A DNA stretch of 64,000 nt from Octopus vulgaris. Its lineage: Eukaryota. Position numbers and translations under genes: made by a program. The notes below the pieces were generated by a model. The model made no database searches. It worked only from the letters and a program-made list of their open reading frames with translations, and was not told the origin of the DNA. Below, piece by piece: positions 43,026 to 57,436 of the stretch. Location of the stretch: NCBI GenBank assembly GCA_951406725.2, contig OX597821.1, forward strand, positions 6,386,001 to 6,450,000. Direction: 5' to 3'. The stretch's first letter is position 1, and every line of letters begins with the position of its first letter.

Positions 43026-43584
43026 TAATAACTTGACTAAATTTTTCATTATTTGCCAAATTAGCTGAATCAAAGGCAGTTTATTTCAGCAGAAATATAG
43101 CAAGAAAGGGATTAAGCAGTGCCCTTCATTTCACGTTATTTCAGTATACACAGCTGACAGTGAATGCCAGCTTAATGCCAGGGCAATCCTCACTTCCTCC
43201 AGTCATCACATCCCTAATATTTCACTAAGCCAAAAGTTGGGAAGGCTGAAAGAGGGCCTAGGTCTGCTTACAATTATATAAGTACCTAAAACAATAAGCG
43301 AAAGTATGGTACAAGCTATCAAATTGTAACTACTTCAGAACTATTTGTTTGTTTTTTTTTTTTCCAATATATTCTTTATCCCAATTATCTTTCACCACAA
43401 CTACTTTTTAATTATACCCACATTTAATTTCCCAGAGAATTTAATGAGTAATCTCAGAAAATCTTGGTTGTAAAGAGTTAGCATTGCATGATTCTCAGCA
43501 AAAGATTGGGAATCGGATTCTCAGCAAAAGATTGGGAACGCATTAAATAAAATAGTAATAACAACAACAACAACAATAACAATA

Positions 43585-43789
43585 ATTTCAAATTTTGGCA
43601 CAAGGCCTCAAATTTCGTGGTGGTGGTGGTGGTGGTGGGGAGGGGTACACAACTGGTACTTATTTTATCAACCCTGAAAGGATGAATGACAAAGTGCATC
43701 TCTGGAATTTGAACTCAGAATGTTACAGACAGATGAAATACCATTGAGCATTTTGCACAACGTGCTAACAATTCTGCCAGTTTGCCACC

Positions 43790-43826
<37 letters not shown>

Positions 43827-44070
43827 TAATAATAATAACAACAATAATAATAATAATCTTTTCTACTAAAGGCACAAGGCCTGAAATTTGGGGAAAGGGT
43901 TTAAGTCAATTACATCAACTCCAGTGCATAACTGGTACTTATTTAATTGGCCCCAAAAGGATGAAAGGCAAAGTCAGCCCTGGTGTGATTTGAACTCAGA
44001 ATGTAACGGCAGATGAAATACCACTAAGAATTTTGCCCAGCATGCTAATGATTCTACCAGCTTGCTGCCT
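43585..44070 (-). mobile_element. Two tandem SINE family B copies separated by (AAT)n
   Basis: Same diagnostic segments as 11066-11780. Further minus copies at about 31160, 33810, 51166, 52133 and 59030. Confidence 0.85.
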
Positions 44071-45214
44071 TAATAATAACAATAATAATAATAACGATGA
44101 TGAGGATAATAATAATGACGATGATGATAATAATAATAATAATAATAGCACAGTGACAACAGTGTATCTTGGAAACAAAGTTTCATCTGTGGATTCCACT
44201 GCATACTACTGACTTCAGACTGTTGTGATTTCCTTTGTGAAAGCTACTTAATGCTGTCAGCTTAAATCTTGTCCTTGAAATAACTAGATTAATATGGCCT
44301 AGATTAGTTAGTTACTTGATTATGGCATATACTTGGAGACTGAATCTATGTATAAATTATTAACAGCCAACAGCTAAATCATATAAAAATATCATTTAGA
44401 GATTAGGAGATTGATATCTTAAAGATTGCTTTCTCGTTGTCATATTAGCAGGATTGTGTTGGTTAAAATATCTAAAACAAGTATTTGTCAAAGTAATTCT
44501 TTTTGTTTTATATATTTCTGGTTTCTCTGACTTCTTTAATCTACTTCATTGGGTAAAAGGTAAAGACCTCCTTTGGGTTGCACCTAGAAACTTCCCCTCC
44601 AGGCAAGGTGGCTTAGTGGAAGACTAGCAGTTGTCCATGCATACCAGCCTCCCCTCTCCGTGGTACCAATATTATCCAAGGGAAAGGCAAATGCTGATAC
44701 AGCTAGGCACCAGCGACATTCTACAACTAAGTGAAATGGAGCAACATGAAATAAAGTGTCTTGCTCAAGGACACAGCCCAGCTTGAGAATCAAACTTACA
44801 ACCTCGCGACTGTAATCCCAATGCTCTAGCCACTGAGCCATGTGCCTTCATAACCCACTTCATTAGGTTAAAGTAAAAATCACCTAAAAAAACATTAAAA
44901 ATATTTAATTACTTCAGGAACATTTCCCATCAGGTATTTTCATCACTTTGTTCACAGTCTTTACAAACTGTCAACTTGCCTACTTTTGATAAAATGAGCA
45001 ATTCCATTAAACCTCTTTGCATTTAATGGAATCAGCATTCTTTTATTTGATTGATTGTTGTGTGATCCTTCACTGCAGTTTATGTTTTGTTTTGTTATAT
45101 TATTGCTTTGAATTTTGAATTCTATTTATATAAAATTTAATTAGTGAATATTGCACTCATGTCATGTTGTGGGTACCCTACAGGTGACAAATATTTACTT
45201 GCTTAAATATATTG

Positions 45215-45772
45215 GTTTCAAATTTTGGCACAAGGTCATCAATTTGGGAGGAGAAGTAAGTCGTTTATACTGACCTCAGTGCTGAACTGGTATATATTTT
45301 ATCGGGATATGGCACTTTGATCTAAAACACTTTGGTCTAAAACACTTTGGTCTAAGACACTTTGGTCTAAAAACATTTTTGTCTAAAGACACTTTCATCT
45401 AAGCATTTTTGGCTAAAAACAAAAAGGCTTATTAGAATATAGTTATTTAGATCTTTTACATTTGTTTTTTGAGATTCTATAGACAAAATGGTTGTTAGAC
45501 CAAAGTGGGTTTAGACAAAAATGTCTTTATACTAAAGGGCATTCAGACAAAAATGTCTTTAGACTATAATATATTTAGACCAAAGTCACTTTAGATCATA
45601 ATGCATTAGATCAAAGTGCTTTAGACAAAAAGTCCTAGATCCATTTTATCGACCCCGAAAAGATGAAAAGCAAAGTCGACCCTGGTGGAATTTGAACTCC
45701 TAATGTAATGATAGATGAAATGCCGCTAAGCATTTTGCCTGGTGTGATAATGATCCTGCCAGCTTGCCACCC
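45215..45772 (-). mobile_element. SINE family B copy interrupted by a foldback element
   Basis: The SINE sequence resumes exactly after the insertion, at attttatcg-accccgaaaagatgaaaagcaaagtcgacc. Confidence 0.85.
45305..45642. mobile_element. Foldback-type non-autonomous DNA transposon with a 9-bp TSD (Mutator-like by inference)
   Basis: Termini GGAT...ATCC. The left arm is tandem 15-16 bp cactttggtctaaaa units and the right arm is inverted ttagac.aaagtg units. attttatcg is duplicated at 45296-45304 and 45643-45651. Confidence 0.8.
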
Positions 45773-46004
45773 TTTTGTACTTAAATGCATGTCACCTTCC
45801 TTTTTATTACCTTGCTAGTGCTGGTGGGATGTAGAAAGCACCCACTATGCTCACAGAATGGTTGGTGTTAGGAATGGCATCCAGCTGTAGAAACCTTGCT
45901 AGATCAGATTGGAGTCTGGTGCAGACTCCTGGCTTGCCAGTCGTCAGCCAAACTGTCCAACCTATGCCAGCAAGGAAAGTGGATGTTAAATGATGATGAT
46001 GATG

Positions 46005-46061
<57 letters not shown>

Positions 46062-48057
46062 TACATATATATACATACATATATATGTCTACATATGCAT
46101 ATATATGTATATACCTGGTATCTCTTAGCTGATGGTTAATTCAAGGGAAATAATCATTTTTTCCTAGTATTTCTTTATTCTTAAATTTTAAATCCAAAAT
46201 TCTAATCCAAATTTTGGATTTCAAATTTAAGAATAAAGAAAAGATGCATAGAATACTCATATTTATTTATTTATTTATTTATTGTTGGCTACTTATTATG
46301 AAACACTTAAAACTTCTAGTCATTATAGCATCCATGTGTATGTGTGAATGTGTGTGTTTGTGTGTGTATGTGTGTGTGTGTGTGTGTGTGTGCATGCGTA
46401 AATAATAGTAACCATGGGAAATAATTCTAATAAGATTGGCGTTATCTCCCTTTGAGTGACTGAAATAGACAAATACACAATGGCATTTATTATAAGAGTG
46501 ATGAAAACAAGTCAGAGCACAAATTTTCAATGAATAGAGAAGTTACATCTTCAATAGATTCTGCTACTTGTAAATTCTTCTAAACTTCAACTGTTGTGGT
46601 AACAGTTGTTGTTTAGACATAAACTGAATAAACCAGAAGTATTCTAGTTGTTGCCTCTCTGTCCTTTTGGGTATCCTGGGATTATGTTATCCAATATGCT
46701 TTTTTCACTTTTTTTGTAACAGTGATTTATTATTTGAATAAGATTTGACAGATATTTACTTTTAGAAGGGCAAGTGATTGTGTAAAGATCCCTTCAATAG
46801 CTTGTATTCCTCTATCTGAATTAGAATGCTACCCCTACTCCAAACACACATACAGTAGATTTGAGTTGATGATGAAAAAGTTAAATCAGTTTTCTCATAT
46901 TAACATTTTTACTGATAGATTACATTTTTACTGCTAAATATTCAAATTATTGATAGAAATAAAAATGACACCTCTTGGCAATCAAACAAAATTGACGTGA
47001 GCAGAGAAGTGTGTCTTTTAATGCTACTTTAAAATTCAATTTTTATACAGTTTTAAGACTCAGGATAGTTAAAATGAAACTTGAGTTCAATTCATTACTA
47101 CTGAGTCATTAGTCAAGTAACATCAATGGCTTCTTTCATTTACTAGGAAATCCTTAAGCTGTGTTCATTTTGTCAGTTTAGTGCTCATATACCTATGTCC
47201 TGCAAACATAGGTGAAACTGATGTTGGTCAGAAGTTAAGTTAGACATTAGCTGCTGCTACTACTACTGCTGATGTTGTTGTTGTTTTATACTAGATCAGC
47301 TCTGGTCTTGTAGATCTATGGTGAAATGTAATCCACTTGTGACTATCATGTTTATCTTTGTTTTTGTTAAGATATTTAAAACTACTTCATATAATGTCTC
47401 TTTCCATGAAGTAGGATGTGATGACTGCTAATTTTAGCTAGTTGACTCACTAGAAGCTCACTAACACGATTTGTGAAATGTAAACCAATGCAGTAACAAG
47501 TCTGTCCTGATACATTTCTCTGTGTTACTGATTCATTTTCCATTACTGTTTTAACTGCCAGTCTCATCATTGGACTTATCTCCTTCTTATGGGCTTCACC
47601 CTATGCGATGAAACAGCTCTAGATCAGCAATCACCCATATGTGCACACACACACACACACACGAGACACTAGGTTATGAATCAACATTTAGTTCGTTAAT
47701 TGAACAACAAAAGATAGCAATCAAATTACACCTCTTCATGGTATGGCATTGTTAACCGTATCATCCTTCCTCTTCTTTTATGAGCACATGCTCATAAAAA
47801 CTAAAAAATTTATTGTAATCAATTGCTTGCACCCCACCTTGGTAAAACTGGACTAAGCCCTAGGTGAAGCTGGACTAAGTGACCTCTCAACACTACTCTG
47901 TTCACTTACCAATTACCCTATGGGGTGCATAGAGGAGGGGGGGTTCTACTGAAGTACCACAAGAGGAGCAGGATGACTTGCACTCTGTAAATATAAAGAG
48001 TAAGCAGTAATTTACTGGATACTTTTGCACAGGTAATATGACTGAGGTGGGGAATAG

Positions 48058-48095
<38 letters not shown>

Positions 48096-48122
48096 AAGAG
48101 AGAGAGAGAGAGAGAGAGAGAG

Positions 48123-48156
<34 letters not shown>

Positions 48157-48391
48157 GAGCAGAAAGACCAGGGTGGATGAATGAAAGGAGCAAGAGTACT
48201 ACAGCAGAGAGTGTGATAATGTAAAGCGTAAAGTATATCTTGCTGTGAAATGTGTGCCTGTGGTACTCATTAATGAGAAGCAGCTTTAAATGTTATTACA
48301 CAGATGACTGTGGATGTTTGTCACATTATAGAGATAATTATAGAGAGGAGGGGTGCATACAATTGACTCCAATATGTTTTTTAGCTTTTGT

Positions 48392-48607
48392 GAGCATGTG
48401 CTGAAAAGTTCCTGGCTTTGGGTAGGAGGTAATAGAAGGCAATCAGTTAATTATGATTTTATTCAACATTACTCCCTTTCAGATTCACAAACTTATTGCA
48501 GAAGTCCTTTAGTTTTTCTTAAGCTCTGTAAAAAGAACTTGGAAAGTTGGGCTTCCAGCCAGGTCTTTTGTGATACCATTAAAGCCAGGAACTTTCAATA
48601 CTCCCTC
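48392..48607. mobile_element. Mariner-type MITE
   Basis: Inverted ends tgctgaaaagttcctggcttt and aaagccaggaactttcaata. A similar end occurs at about 56230. Confidence 0.6.
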
Positions 48608-49646
48608 AAACTTGTTTCAGTCATTGGGTTGTGGTCATGCTGGGGCACTCTCTCAAACAGGTCTACTCCAGTCATTACTTATTTCCTTTCTTAAACTTGG
48701 CACTTATTTTGTCTGTCGCTTTTACCAAATTGCTAGCTTACAAAGATGTAAACAAACCAACACCAGTTGTCAAGTTGTGGTGGGGGGGCCAAACACAACC
48801 ACAACACAAAGACACACATACATTAGCAAATATATCCTTTTTTTTAAGAAGGCAGTGTGTGATTCAAGAGATATTTTGTTGTTCTTTCTTGCAATGCAAC
48901 AACAATGTAAAAATGTTTCTTTGTAGCTCTATAATTATGTAGAGGTAGTTACTTACCACACACATATAGAAAGGGCTTCTTTCAGTTTCCATCAACTAAA
49001 TCCATTCAGAAGGCTCTGATTAGCCTGGCTCTATTGTAGAAGACACTTTCCCAAAGTGCTGTGCAGTGAGACTGAACCCAAGACGACATCGTTGGAAAGC
49101 AAGCTTCTTTACTACACAACTATGCCTTGTAAAGAATTTTTTGTTTTTCATTTAAATTCTTTCAATATCATTATCTGAAGAAGAAAGACAATACTGATAA
49201 TCCATTTTCAGGGATGCTGAGACTAATGGAAAGAAGGGCAGAAGTTATCCCAGGCTGGAAACTTCATATTAATGTTTGCAGCAGATTGCTTCCTGTTAAA
49301 GGCTCTCAAGACCTTGTAGGGGGGGGTTAAACCAGTTGTTGGATTTATTCTATCATTCAAGAACAAGAATGATCTCTTCAAAAAGCATCCACACACTTTC
49401 CTACAGCTAAGTTTCACTTATAAGGCTTTAATCACAAGACACTTGCCTAAGCTGCTGAGCAGTTGGATTGAACCCAAAACCATATGGTTGCAAATTGAAC
49501 TTCTGAACCACATTACCATGCCTTTTTTTAAGTATTTATTTGCTGTTGATGTTTAAGATCAAATGACCAAATCAGTCCTGATTCAGCACAAAAAGCATTT
49601 GATCAAAAGCATTTCACTCCTGATCATTCCATCGTATTTCCAGACA

Positions 49647-50060
49647 GGCATAGGAGTGGCTGTGTGGTAAGTAGCTTGCTTACCAACCACATGGTTTCGG
49701 GTTTATTCCCACTGCGTGGCACCTTGGGCAAGTGTCTTCTACTATAGCCTCAGGCTGACCAAAGCCTTGTGAGTGGATTTGGTAGACGGAAACTGAAAGA
49801 AGCCCGTCGTATATATATATATATGTATATATATGTATGTGTGTGTATATGTTTGTGTGTCAGTGTTTGTCCTCCCGACATCGCTTGACAACCAATGCTG
49901 GTGTGTTTACATCCCCGTAACTTAGCGGTTTGGCAAAAGAGACTGATAGAATAAGTACTAGGCTTCCAAAGAATAAGTCTTGGGGTCGATTTGCTCGACT
50001 AAAGGCAATACTCCAGCATGGCCATGGTCAAATGACTGAAACAAGTAAAAGAGTAAAGAG
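49647..50060 (+). mobile_element. Full-length tRNA-derived SINE family A (CORE-like, internal microsatellite)
   Basis: A-box-like TGGCTGTGTGG, B-box-like GGTTTATTCCC (GGTTCAGTCCC in other copies), caccttgggcaagtgtctt and a (TAAAAGAG)n tail. More than 10 copies in the window. Confidence 0.9.
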
Positions 50061-50289
50061 TATTACATTGGATTACATTAGCTTATGTGTCCTTCCTTTT
50101 TGTCAAGAAGGTAAAGTTTAATTTGATGGATGTTTTGCTGCTCTTTCTTGCAATGTGATTAACAGCTGTAGAACTGTTTCTTTACTTTTACTGCTACTCT
50201 TGCTGTTACTGTTGCTTCTGCTGCTGCTGCTGCTGCTGCTGTTCTAAGTGAGTGAATCTGTAGCAAGATGGCCAGTTAATTGAATGTTT

Positions 50290-50520
50290 AGAGCTGATGT
50301 ATAATGAATGCATGCACCTGATGTATAATAACAATGTATAATGGTATGTAATGAGTATATGGACATGATGTATAATGTACAGTGTATTGAATAATGAAAA
50401 TTAATGCATCAGTGGACCTGATATATAATATACTATATATCATGAGTATGTGGAACTGATGTATAATGTATGATACATAATAATATATAATAATAAGGAT
50501 AATATATAATGAGTATGGGC
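50290..50520. repeat. Degenerate tandem repeat built on gatgtataatg / gagtatatggac
   Basis: The motif ctgatgtataatg and its variants recur about six times. Confidence 0.6.
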
Positions 50521-53500
50521 AACTAATACATGTATGTTCAATTTATTTTCTTCACCTCTTACATTTTCTGACATATTCATGGAGACAGTATAATGTTAAT
50601 TAATCATTTAGTTACGCTAATTGGTCTACAAGTGTGTCACCATGACTGTACATCGTCACTTTTGCTTCAGCTTTCAAGCTGGCTGAGAAGGGCTGGACAG
50701 GTTGTTATAGTCTATGTCAGTTTATATTCAGAATTAGTCCTCTTAGATGGGGCAGAAATATGTCTTGTTCATGCCCTTTATTTTTTGCCATGGTTTCTAC
50801 AGTTTTACAATTTTCTTATCACTAACTGCTTAATAGAGTGTACCAGGTGCATTTTATTTTAGTGCCAGCACTAGAATGGTCATCTTGTCTTCAGCAAGAC
50901 AGAAGAGTCCTCTTTACCCAAGACAAGTGGTTCTCAACAGGTGTCTATATTGCCCCTGAGGATCCATATATGGTAATAAAAAGGTTAGACAAAACGTTGA
51001 TTTGTATTAGATCATAAAACAAGATTCCACACACTCACCATCATAGTGTTGTTGGAGGAGGTGGTGGTGGTGGTGGTGGTTGTGATGATGATGATGATGA
51101 TGTGATTGCCAATGTCGAAGGGTCATGGTGGTAAAACTTGTCCAGTCCTCAATGTTTATTATACTGGTTTCAAATTTTGATGCAAGGCCAGCAATATCAA
51201 GGGAGTGTGTAAGTTGATTACATCAACCCCAGTACTTGAGTGGTACTTATTTTATCAACCCTGACAGGATGAAAGGCAAAGTCAATCTTGACGGAATTTG
51301 AACTCAAAACATAAGGACAGACAGAATGCTGCTAAGCATTTTGCCCAGCATGCTAACAGTTCTGCCAGTTCTCTGCCTTTTTGATGTTTATTGTATTACT
51401 AACTTAAAAGTCTCCACTCCACGTGGACTTTTAAGCTAGCTCCTGTGGAGGGTGAATCTGACCTGTGGCTCAAAACTAGAAAGAGCTAAATAGCATCAAT
51501 ATTATATGTCTATAATGACTATATACCCTGGTGGTGTTTCATAAGAAGTTAAGGATGGATGAGAATTAATTCTGTAATGTAATCATTCTATTGTTCCAGT
51601 CCTAAGTTATATTCCAACTGTTGGCCAATTTGTCCCAAAGTTCAAAAATTAATGAGGCAAATGTCATTTCTCTCCCCTTGGTCTCTGACATCATCTGACA
51701 AATGCCAACCAAGATGGTGTGAATCAGCCTAGCTTTACCTGCTAGAAATAGCAACCTAAATGCTTTTAAATCAGATGTCAATGCTGGATGTTCAAGTGCA
51801 AATTTTCAATCCCGGGATCATCCTGATTCCAAAATAGTATAATATGTCTATGCAGAGCAAATGTAGACTGAGCTACTGAGGTCCCAGACAGACAGGATTT
51901 TGCTTTTATTATTATAGATTGTATGTAAAGTTGTCTTACATTGATACTGTCTAACAAATTTACTTGGCAATAATAGAGATATTAGAAAGTACATTACTGG
52001 TACTTATTTAAGCTATTTGGTCAATAAGACGAGACTCCTTTTATGTAGTTGCTCAACCTGCGAGAAATAGCAGCCCAATTTTCCTCAAATAACATTGTTA
52101 TCTCTTAAACAAGGAAAGAATTCATTAAATAATCCTTTCTGCTCTAAGCACAAGGACTGAATTTTTTTGAGAGGGGGCCAGTCAATTAGATTGACCCCAG
52201 TATGCAACTGGTACTTAATTTATTGACCATGAAAGGATGAAAGGCAGAGTTGACCTCGGCAGAATTTGAACTCAGAACATAAAGACAGATGAAATACTGC
52301 TAAGCATTTCGCCTGGCGTGATAATGTTTCTGCCAGTTTGTTGCCTTGAACTCATTAAATAATGCAATTCTAGAAATACTTCTAAAAAAACGGGATGGTC
52401 ATGGTTGGGAAATACTTTTTGATCATAAGTCTGCTGAATCGGTGTAGACCTTAGGCTAAACAACCATAATCATTCTTTCAGTGAAAGAGCATCTAAGCAA
52501 TTGCTAAACCTGCTAGAAGTAGCAGCCAACTACCCTAGGAATAAAAAAAGAAGGACATACTGGATAATGTAATCTGAGGTAAACTATTCATGGAAAGACA
52601 GGATGGTCATGGCTAGAATATCTTTACTCAGAAATAATGTTTCCTGAAATTTTTAAGGCCCATCAAGCCAAGTGAAATTGTAGTTGTGGCCAATGCCAGT
52701 GTCACATAACTGGCACCAGTGCCAGTGGCACGTAAAAAGCACCCATTACACGCTTGGAGTGGTTGGTGTTAGGAAGGGTATCCAGCCATAGAAACCATGC
52801 CAAATGAGATTGAAACCTGATGTAGTCGCACAGTTTACCAGTTTCTGTCAAACTGTCTAACCCATGCCAGCATGGAAAGCAGACGCAAAATGGATGATGA
52901 TGATGATGATGATGATAATGGTGATAGTGATGATGGTGGTGATGATGATGATGATGATGATGATGATGGTGATAGTCATGATGGTGGTGATGATGATGAT
53001 GATGATGATGGTGGTGGTAGTGGTGGTGGTGATGAGGATGATGATGATTGTGATGATGATGGTGTTGAGTATGCTTAAAAGTCTCAAGTTGTGCAATTTT
53101 CTTCCCTGTTTCAAAAGTACGTGTGCACTGAATGTATAATTACTTTAGCAATTATAATTATTAGTTGCTACATTATTTTCAGTAACAAACTTTTTCTGCT
53201 CGCATTAATTACTTGTGTACTCACTAATTTCTTTTGCGCAACAGTTGCAAAATGTATGTGTGTGTGTATGTGTGTGAGTGTGTGTGTGTGTGTGCGTGTC
53301 TGTGTCTGTGTGTGCATGCATGTATGCATGCATGTGCACACAGCTTAGTAGGAACAGTACTCAAAGATCTGGTTTGGTATTGAAGGACAAAACCAATGTA
53401 CACATAGGGACACAGTTAAGAAGTTTGCTTCCCAACCATGTGGTTTTGGTTTCAGTTCCACTGCATAGCACTTTGGGTAAGTGTCTTCTAATTTAGCCCA

Positions 53501-53575
53501 AGGCTGACCAAAGTCTTGCATGTAGATTTGATTATGGAAATTGAAAGAGTCCCATTGTATATGTATGTATGTGTG

Positions 53576-53608
<33 letters not shown>

Positions 53609-54075
53609 ATTCTTATCTTGACATCAAGTGATGATTGTAAAGGAGCATCACTGCAGTACAAACTATGTTGTCCTTTTCTTCTCTTCTATGTTCAAGTTTT
53701 ATCTTTCTTTGAAACAAGTGACTGTTGGCAACAAGAAGGACATCTAGCCTTAGAAAATCTGCCTCAGCAAGTTCCCTCTAACTCTACAGATATTGAAATA
53801 CAGCTGTTAAAAGACGACGATGATGATGATGACTATAATGATGATGATGATGATCACTATAATGATGATGATGATATATATACATACATATATATATAAA
53901 GGAATTTTGTTAAAATCTTCGTTCGACTCCATTCTTTTCATTTATTCATATAAAAAAAAAACACACAAATTTCCACACAGGAATGTAGCTTCAACCGTGT
54001 TTTCTGACGTGAATTTGCTACCCAGGTATCAATTAACCAAATTATCCATATTAGGATAATTCATTCATCCACTAA

Positions 54076-54139
<64 letters not shown>

Positions 54140-54311
54140 CATACATATGTACATATAAGCACATGTATATTTGTGTGTGTATATATATATATATATGGCC
54201 ACATGGCTGCTGTCAAATGACTGAAACAAATAAACAAATAAAAGAATAAATGAATATACATATAAATAGGCATAAATAAGTAATGGGCATTATACATTTA
54301 TTTGTGCATTA

Positions 54312-54435
54312 CAGACTTACAGCTGTTTCAGGTATGCATTCTTGGTGTGTTCATGGTAACAGTTAATCAATAGATCAATCAATCAATTGAAAATATAATG
54401 AACAACCATCGCAATGCTATCTTCTTCAGAGTCCG
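54312..54435 (-). ncRNA. Type I hammerhead ribozyme motif with canonical core and a stem II domain of about 90 nt
   Basis: Minus strand reads CGGACT-CTGAAGA-AGATAGCATT(...)AATGCATACCT-GAAA-CAGCTG-TA-AGTCTG. Stem III is palindromic (ACAGCTGT) and the triplet is GUA. Confidence 0.7.
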
Positions 54436-54449
54436 ACAAATCAACTGTA

Positions 54450-54499
<50 letters not shown>

Positions 54500-54500
<1 letters not shown>

Positions 54501-54815
54501 AGGCCTAGTGGTTAGAGCACATGGCCTAGTGGTTAAAGCAGCAGACTAGTGGTCGAGGGATCATAGGTTCAAATCTCAGACCGGGTGATGTGTGTATTTG
54601 TGAGTGAAACACCTAAGCTCCACGCAGCTCTGGCAGAAGGTAATGGCAAACTTCTGTTGACTCTTTCACCACAACTTTCTCTCACTCTTTCCTCCTGCAT
54701 CTTGCTGCTCACCTGCAGTGGACCAGCATCCCGTTCAGGTGAGAACCTACATGCCAAAGAAACTGGGAAACCGGCCCTTATGAGCCAGACATGGCTCAAG
54801 AAGGAAGAAACAAAA
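54500..54815 (+). mobile_element. tRNA-derived SINE family D with duplicated head
   Basis: ggcctagtggttagagca is duplicated, followed by B-box GGTTCAAATC. The 3' part matches 16243-16350 (+) and about 4170-4250 (-). Confidence 0.75.
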
Positions 54816-56683
54816 TATATGTATATATATATATAACAAATCATAAGCCTCAGTGTATGCCCACTTTTCCATGCTAGCATGGATTGAATAGGTGTTTGCA
54901 AGCAGAGTCCTTCCTGTTACCAATCCTCTTCATCTTCTTTTACAGCACATCTTCTCATTTAACTACTGATACACTCTTCGTTTAGATACATTACCTGCTG
55001 CAACTGCAGCTGCCCTGTGTTATCATGGGTCTGTCTCAGGCAATCCCTGGTGTTCTAGAATCTAGAGACTTTAGAAACAATACTTTTGCTATGTAGTTTT
55101 TATGTGGCTTGTTTATTATACGGCTAAACCTGAGCGCTCAAGAAGCCTACTTCCCGGTCATGTGGTCTTGGTTTCAGTCCCACTCTGTAGAACCTTGGTC
55201 AAGTTTCTTTTGCTATACTTTGATCAGAGACTTGCTGATCAGAGACTTGCGAGTAGATTTGGTTGGTAGAAACTGTGTGGAAGCCCATCATGTGTGTGTG
55301 TGCGAATGTATGTTTGTGTGTCTGTGGCTGATACTCTACTTATGTTTCTTAGTTGTCTGTGTATATATGTGTGTGTGTGTGTGTGTATACATTCTTTTAT
55401 TCTTTTACTTGTTTCAATCATTTGACTGTGGCCATGCTGGAGCACCACTTTTAGTCGAACAAATTGACCTCAGGACTTATTCTTTGTAAGCCTAGTACTT
55501 ACTCTATCGTTCTCTATTGTTGACCTACTAAGTTACAGTGCTGTATATATATATATATATATTTGGTGTCCTGTACTCATATATGCGTGTATATATACAT
55601 GTAGAGGTAGGTACGTACATATATGTATATATATATGCATATGTTTTATTTATTAATTTATTATATTATTTATTTATATATTATATTAGTCCAACCCATG
55701 CTAGCATGGAAAACGGACGCTAAATGATGATGATATATATATATATCATGGATACACACTTACTCACACATACACAGTTACATGCTTGTGTGTGTATGTA
55801 TGTATGTATGTATGTATGGCTGAATATATATCTAAAGGCAGAGGTTAGAAGTTAAGAGACTGTTGGAATAAATAAGGAGTGTGAGAAAATTAAGAGTTCT
55901 AAAGTTACTGTACTATTATTTGTCTAATATGTAATCATGTTAAACAGATGAGATAAACCTCCTATTGTTACACACTTCATAATAACATTTGATATCAGAA
56001 GAAGAAAACTTAAAAGGTCATGTCAAAAGATTATATACACACATTTATATAACATACTCAGACTGTCTACCTCTTTTCCTCCCTCCATCTGCACCTCTTT
56101 CCCTCTCTCTTTTACTCACTATGTATACACACACAGGCACACATTTAAATGCATATATTTATATTAGTATATTTATATATATTTGTGGGTATGTAAGTAT
56201 TTTTCTGTACATATGTATATATGCAGTCGTGCTGAAAAGTTCCAGGTTTTGTGTAAATAATACGATTTTGGTGCCCCCATATATATGTATTTCAAAATAT
56301 ATACAATAATAAGCCATAAAATATTGTTTTTGTTTTTCAAAATGAAACAAAACTAACAAAAAGATGGAAAATAATGTTTATTTTTGTATACTTCCTCTTT
56401 ATTTAAAAAAGTTTTCTCATACAATTTTTAATTGCAAAGCCTTTGACCAGATCCTCATTATGACTATAAACACTTCGAAATTTATTTCCAATCATATAAA
56501 CCACTTCGAATATTATTTTTGTAACTTGAAAGTGATTTTTTTGTGTGCTGTAAACCATGCACCATTTCTGTATTAAATAGTGAATTTTTGTGGCAGATAA
56601 AGAAACATTTTTATTAGTAATAGCTTAATTAAACTATATAGTTTTACTTTCAAGGGCAATTTTATTTTAGAATTATAAATAGG

Positions 56684-56723
<40 letters not shown>

Positions 56724-57391
56724 AAGAGGACTGCATCCTATATGTTTCTAGGTTTCCATTGTTTCTGTTTCTTCAGCTAATCTGAGACCCCCTTTGGTCA
56801 TGACTGACCATGGGATTTCACCTAGAAAGTTACCCTCCCAGGCACACGTGCGGGCAAGGTTGATTATGGAAGACCAGTTGTCACCCATGCACACCGGCCT
56901 CCCCTCTCTGTGCCACCAATGTTATCCAAGGGAAAGGCAAAGGCTGATACAGCTTGGCACCTGTGACATCGCAACTCATTTCTACAGGTGAGTGAACTGG
57001 AGCAACGTGAAATAAAGTGTCTTGCTCAAGAACACAACACACAGCCCGGTCCAGGATTTGAACTCACAACCTCACAATTGTAAGCTCAATGCTCTAACCA
57101 CTGAGCCATGTGCCTTCAGCTAATTCTGTCTTGATAAAAATGGTACTGACGCCCAATATTGTCTTGTGAGTTGCTTATGGTGCTTCAAGAGCCACATGTG
57201 GTTTCTGAGCCACAGTTTAGCCACTGTTGCTATATATATGGAATGAGTTAACCCACAAAGCAGTGACTACATGGTAGCTAGACATGATACAAATAGTAGG
57301 TAATCCTTCTTCAAACCACACCCTACTTTGTATGTGTGAGTGTATGTATATGTATGTGTTGTGTATATGTGTGTGTGTATGTATGTGTGTA

Positions 57392-57436
<45 letters not shown>

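Noticed and set aside
47920-48005. ATG-GGG-TGC start with a good downstream donor (A|GTAAGC)
   Set aside because: The ATG frame stops after 10 codons. It would only work with a 1-bp error in the G run, which cannot be shown.
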